Of a stretch of 64,000 nt of DNA, positions 61,023 to 64,000 are shown piece after piece. Source of the DNA: Eledone cirrhosa (taxonomy: Eukaryota). Position numbers and translations under genes: made by a program. How positions within the stretch are numbered: position 1 is the first letter of the stretch; every line of letters begins with the position of its first letter. Under the pieces are notes generated by a model. The model was not told the DNA's origin, did no database searches, and saw nothing but the letters and a program-made list of their open reading frames with translations. Location of the stretch: the NCBI GenBank assembly GCA_964016885.1, contig OZ024743.1, positions 100,316,001 through 100,380,000 on the forward strand, in the 5' to 3' direction.

Positions 61023-61350
61023 TCATTTTACGTCCACTTTTCCCTTGTTGCAAGGGTGGGACGGGAACTGATTCTGGCTTGATTTCTACAGCTGTATGCC
61101 CTTCCTAACACCAACCTCATTTACAGTGAGTGCTGGGTGCTTTTTTTTTACGTGGCGCCTACACGTCCACTTTACAGTGGAATGATAGGGACCCCAGTCC
61201 CTATCATCTCATTTCTACAGCTGAGTAAACTGGAGCAATGTGAAATAAAGTGTCTTGCTCAAGGAAACAACACATCACTCAGTCTGAGAATTGAACTCAC
61301 AACCTTTCGATTGCAAGGCCAATGCTCTAACCACTAAGCCATGTGCCTCC
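61023..61350 (-). mobile_element. Complete SINE (family 2), second copy
   Basis: Near-identical to 59498-59818. Confidence 0.85.
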
Positions 61351-61469
61351 ATTGTCTATATATATATATATATTTGTATGTATGTATATGTCTAAACCCA
61401 TGCTAGCATGGAAGATAGACGTTAAACGATGATGATGATGTATTTGTACGTGTGGCGGATCTAAAATCT

Positions 61470-61830
61470 GTCAGCTGGAATTTGCAGACGACATAGTCTT
61501 ACTTAACTTGACATAAGGTGATCTCCGACTTGCACACAATACGTTTGATGCTGAGTGTTGCAAGGCTGGAATGAAGATCAGAGTTGCAAAAACTGAGACA
61601 CTCATTCTATGAAAGAAGCCTCCGCAGTACACTCTACATGTAAGTGGAGTTCCACTGAAGCAGGTAGAGAAGTTAAAGTACCTCAGGGCCATGGTCATGA
61701 GTGATGGAAGGCAGGGGGCTGAATTAAGTACGAGAATTGCAGAAGCTGGTGCAGTGATGTACCAGCTTCAGCATTCAGTAACCAGAAGAAGCGGGGTAAG
61801 TATAAAAGCCAAACTTGCTTCTATTCGGTA
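61470..61830 (+). mobile_element. Degenerate LINE RT fragment
   Basis: LEFADDIVLL, GMKIRVAKTE, LKQVEKLKYL with stops. Confidence 0.7.
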
Positions 61831-61957
61831 TTAGTACAAACTTCATCAGACAGCTAGAAGTTGAACAGAAAAACATAAAGAAGAAATAAAGCTTACTTCT
61901 GTTGTTTCGATTCAGTGATATGCCATGGGTTGATATTTGGTATTGTTCTCTCAAAGC

Positions 61958-62014
<57 letters not shown>

Positions 62015-62055
62015 TAGGAATAACCAAAGAGTGCTTAGAAATACATTGTTTTATT

Positions 62056-62102
62056 AGCTAACAGTGTTTCATCCATACCCCATGGCAGGAATCATCAGAG
62101 CC
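62056..62102 (-). ncRNA. Type I hammerhead ribozyme motif in a short (TA)n-flanked element (~62011-62297)
   Basis: Minus strand GGCT-CTGATGA-TTCC TGCCATGGGGTAT GGAT-GAAAC-ACT-GTT-AGCT. Confidence 0.72.
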
Positions 62103-62749
62103 TATAAACAAGAGTATATCAGTAGTTGCATGCTCCATCGAGCTGCGTCACCAGAACAAGGTTAAAGGACCAGCAGGGGGGTCCCGAGGCCAGCGCTATA
62201 TGGAAAAAGACAGAATACATGATGCACATAATGTCATAAAATGTCTTAAAAATTAAAAAATTACACCAAAAATTTATCACAAATGGTGTAATAGATGTAT
62301 ATATATATATATACAAATATATATATATACATAGATACCATTTAAGTTAGTTTGATTACCAACAGGTTCTGGTTGGTAAATGACAATGCAACAAATTAAT
62401 TAAAGCACTCGTTATGTATGTCATATGTAGTGGTGGTTGTGGTGGTGGTGGTGGTGGTGGTGGCAACAGTGATGACAAGGCAATGCTGTTTATGATGGTG
62501 ATGATGATGAAGAAAAAAGTAAATGAATTCTGGAAAATATTTTAAAGTATTAGAAAACTAATTTTTTTAAATGGATTTTAATAAAGAGTGTAAATGGTAG
62601 AAACATGAAAAGTTTACTAGACAACCAGCTTAGTGGTTGTTTTGTTAATACTATTGAGTTATTAGCTTTGTTGTTAACAGAGCAGCTTGTAGAGACTCCT
62701 TCATTGGTTGATGTAGAGAAATAGTCTAAGTTGTGTTGCATTAGAAGAT

Positions 62750-63128
62750 ACCCAGTAGTCCCAGCTAGATAACATCAGTCCAGTTTAGTACAGCTAGGAG
62801 TGCTCAGTCCAGTCAGCTAAACCCAGCCAACCAGTCTAGTTCAACCTTCGAAGGCCAGCCAAGCTGGTTCAGCCCAACCAGTCCAGCTAATATTGCTACT
62901 TAACCTTGGACATCAGCCTAGCCAGACCAACTCAATTTGACCAAGCCAAACAGACAATGTCAGCCCAACCAACTCAATGCAGTTAGCTAGTGCAGTTCAG
63001 CTCAGCAAGGCCAACTAGCCTGACCAGCCATCAAGTCTGGGGGAGCAGCCCAGCCAGTTCAGCTCAACATAACCAGCACAAGACAACCAGCTCAACCGAG
63101 CATCACCAGCCAGCCAGCCCAGCTCAGC
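62750..63128. repeat. Degenerate pentamer-like repeat (CAGCY/CAACC/CAGTY)
   Basis: Dense cagcc/cagct/cagtc/caacc motifs. Confidence 0.6.
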
Positions 63129-63627
63129 AAATGGATAAACATAAGGGATAACTAGCAAGGGAGTGGAGAAAGGGGAGATGAAGGGCACCAGTCAAGGAAC
63201 GGGGAAAATATATGAGGGGGGGGGGGGGTGAACTGAAATATGAAAAATAATGAAAACAGCAACAAATGTATCGGGGGGGGGGGGGTGAGTGAGAGAGGAG
63301 AAAAAAAATTAAATTCGAAGTTTTGATAATGTAAAAAGAAAAGATCTGCTGTTTAATGGTGGAGGGGGGTGAGCACAAAAATATCTTTATGGATATTTCT
63401 TGCCACACCATTTAACACACAAAAGACAGATGAAACTGTCATTAAATGAGTACCTATCTTTTGTTGTTGTTGTTGTTGTTGTTATTGTTGCTATGTTTCT
63501 CATTTAAAACATTCTTTTATTTATTTATTTTATTTTATTTTCCCACATAAAGTTTCAATCTCTCAATGATGTGAGAATGGAAAACATGTTCAGTCAACTG
63601 TAAATAATGATTTCTCCTTCTGTTACA

Positions 63628-64000
63628 TCACCAACACCACCACCACTACCAACACCACCACTACCACCACTACCACCACTACCACCACTACCATCACCAC
63701 CACCACCACAACCAACACCACCAACACCACCACCACTACCAACACCACCACTACCACCACCACCACCACCACAACCAACACCACCAACACCACCACAACC
63801 AACACCACCACCACTACCACCACTACCACCACCACCACTACCAACACCACCACCACTTCCAACACTATCACCACCACCACCATCACCACCACCACCGACA
63901 ACCACCACCACCACCACACCAATACCAACACCACCAACACCACCACCAACACCACCACCAACACCACTAACACCACCAGCACTACCACTACCCCCCCCCC
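63628..64000. repeat. (ACC/ACT/ACA)n triplet minisatellite
   Basis: Visible simple repeat to the window end. Confidence 0.95.

Noticed and set aside
63594-63988. Gly-rich / Val-rich ORFs at the window end
   Set aside because: (ACC)n simple repeat

Overview
AT-rich, repeat-dense animal genomic DNA, most likely a coleoid cephalopod (octopus-like; inferred from the SINE/RTE repertoire and microsatellite load). One host gene runs on the + strand: a WDCP (C2orf44, WD repeat and coiled-coil containing protein) homologue. I reconstructed 14 phase-consistent coding exons from 176 to the stop at 52502 (about 686 aa here; the N-terminus lies upstream of the window), including one GC-AG intron. The introns hold several large minisatellites, among them a ~9.4 kb 33-bp array that abuts and supplies the 3' splice site of exon 9. 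They also hold a near full-length degenerate RTE LINE with a PHD finger inside its RT region, and a degenerate Penelope-like element (RT + GIY-YIG, CxCx5C linker) with a type I hammerhead ribozyme in its 3' region. Several further hammerhead-bearing short elements sit in (TA)n tracts. SINEs whose tail matches the LINE, Helitron-like elements, and TTAA/hAT/Tc1 MITEs are also present. Most long ORFs in the supplied track are translations of tandem repeats, not genes. All family assignments come from motif recognition and recall; no database search was run.
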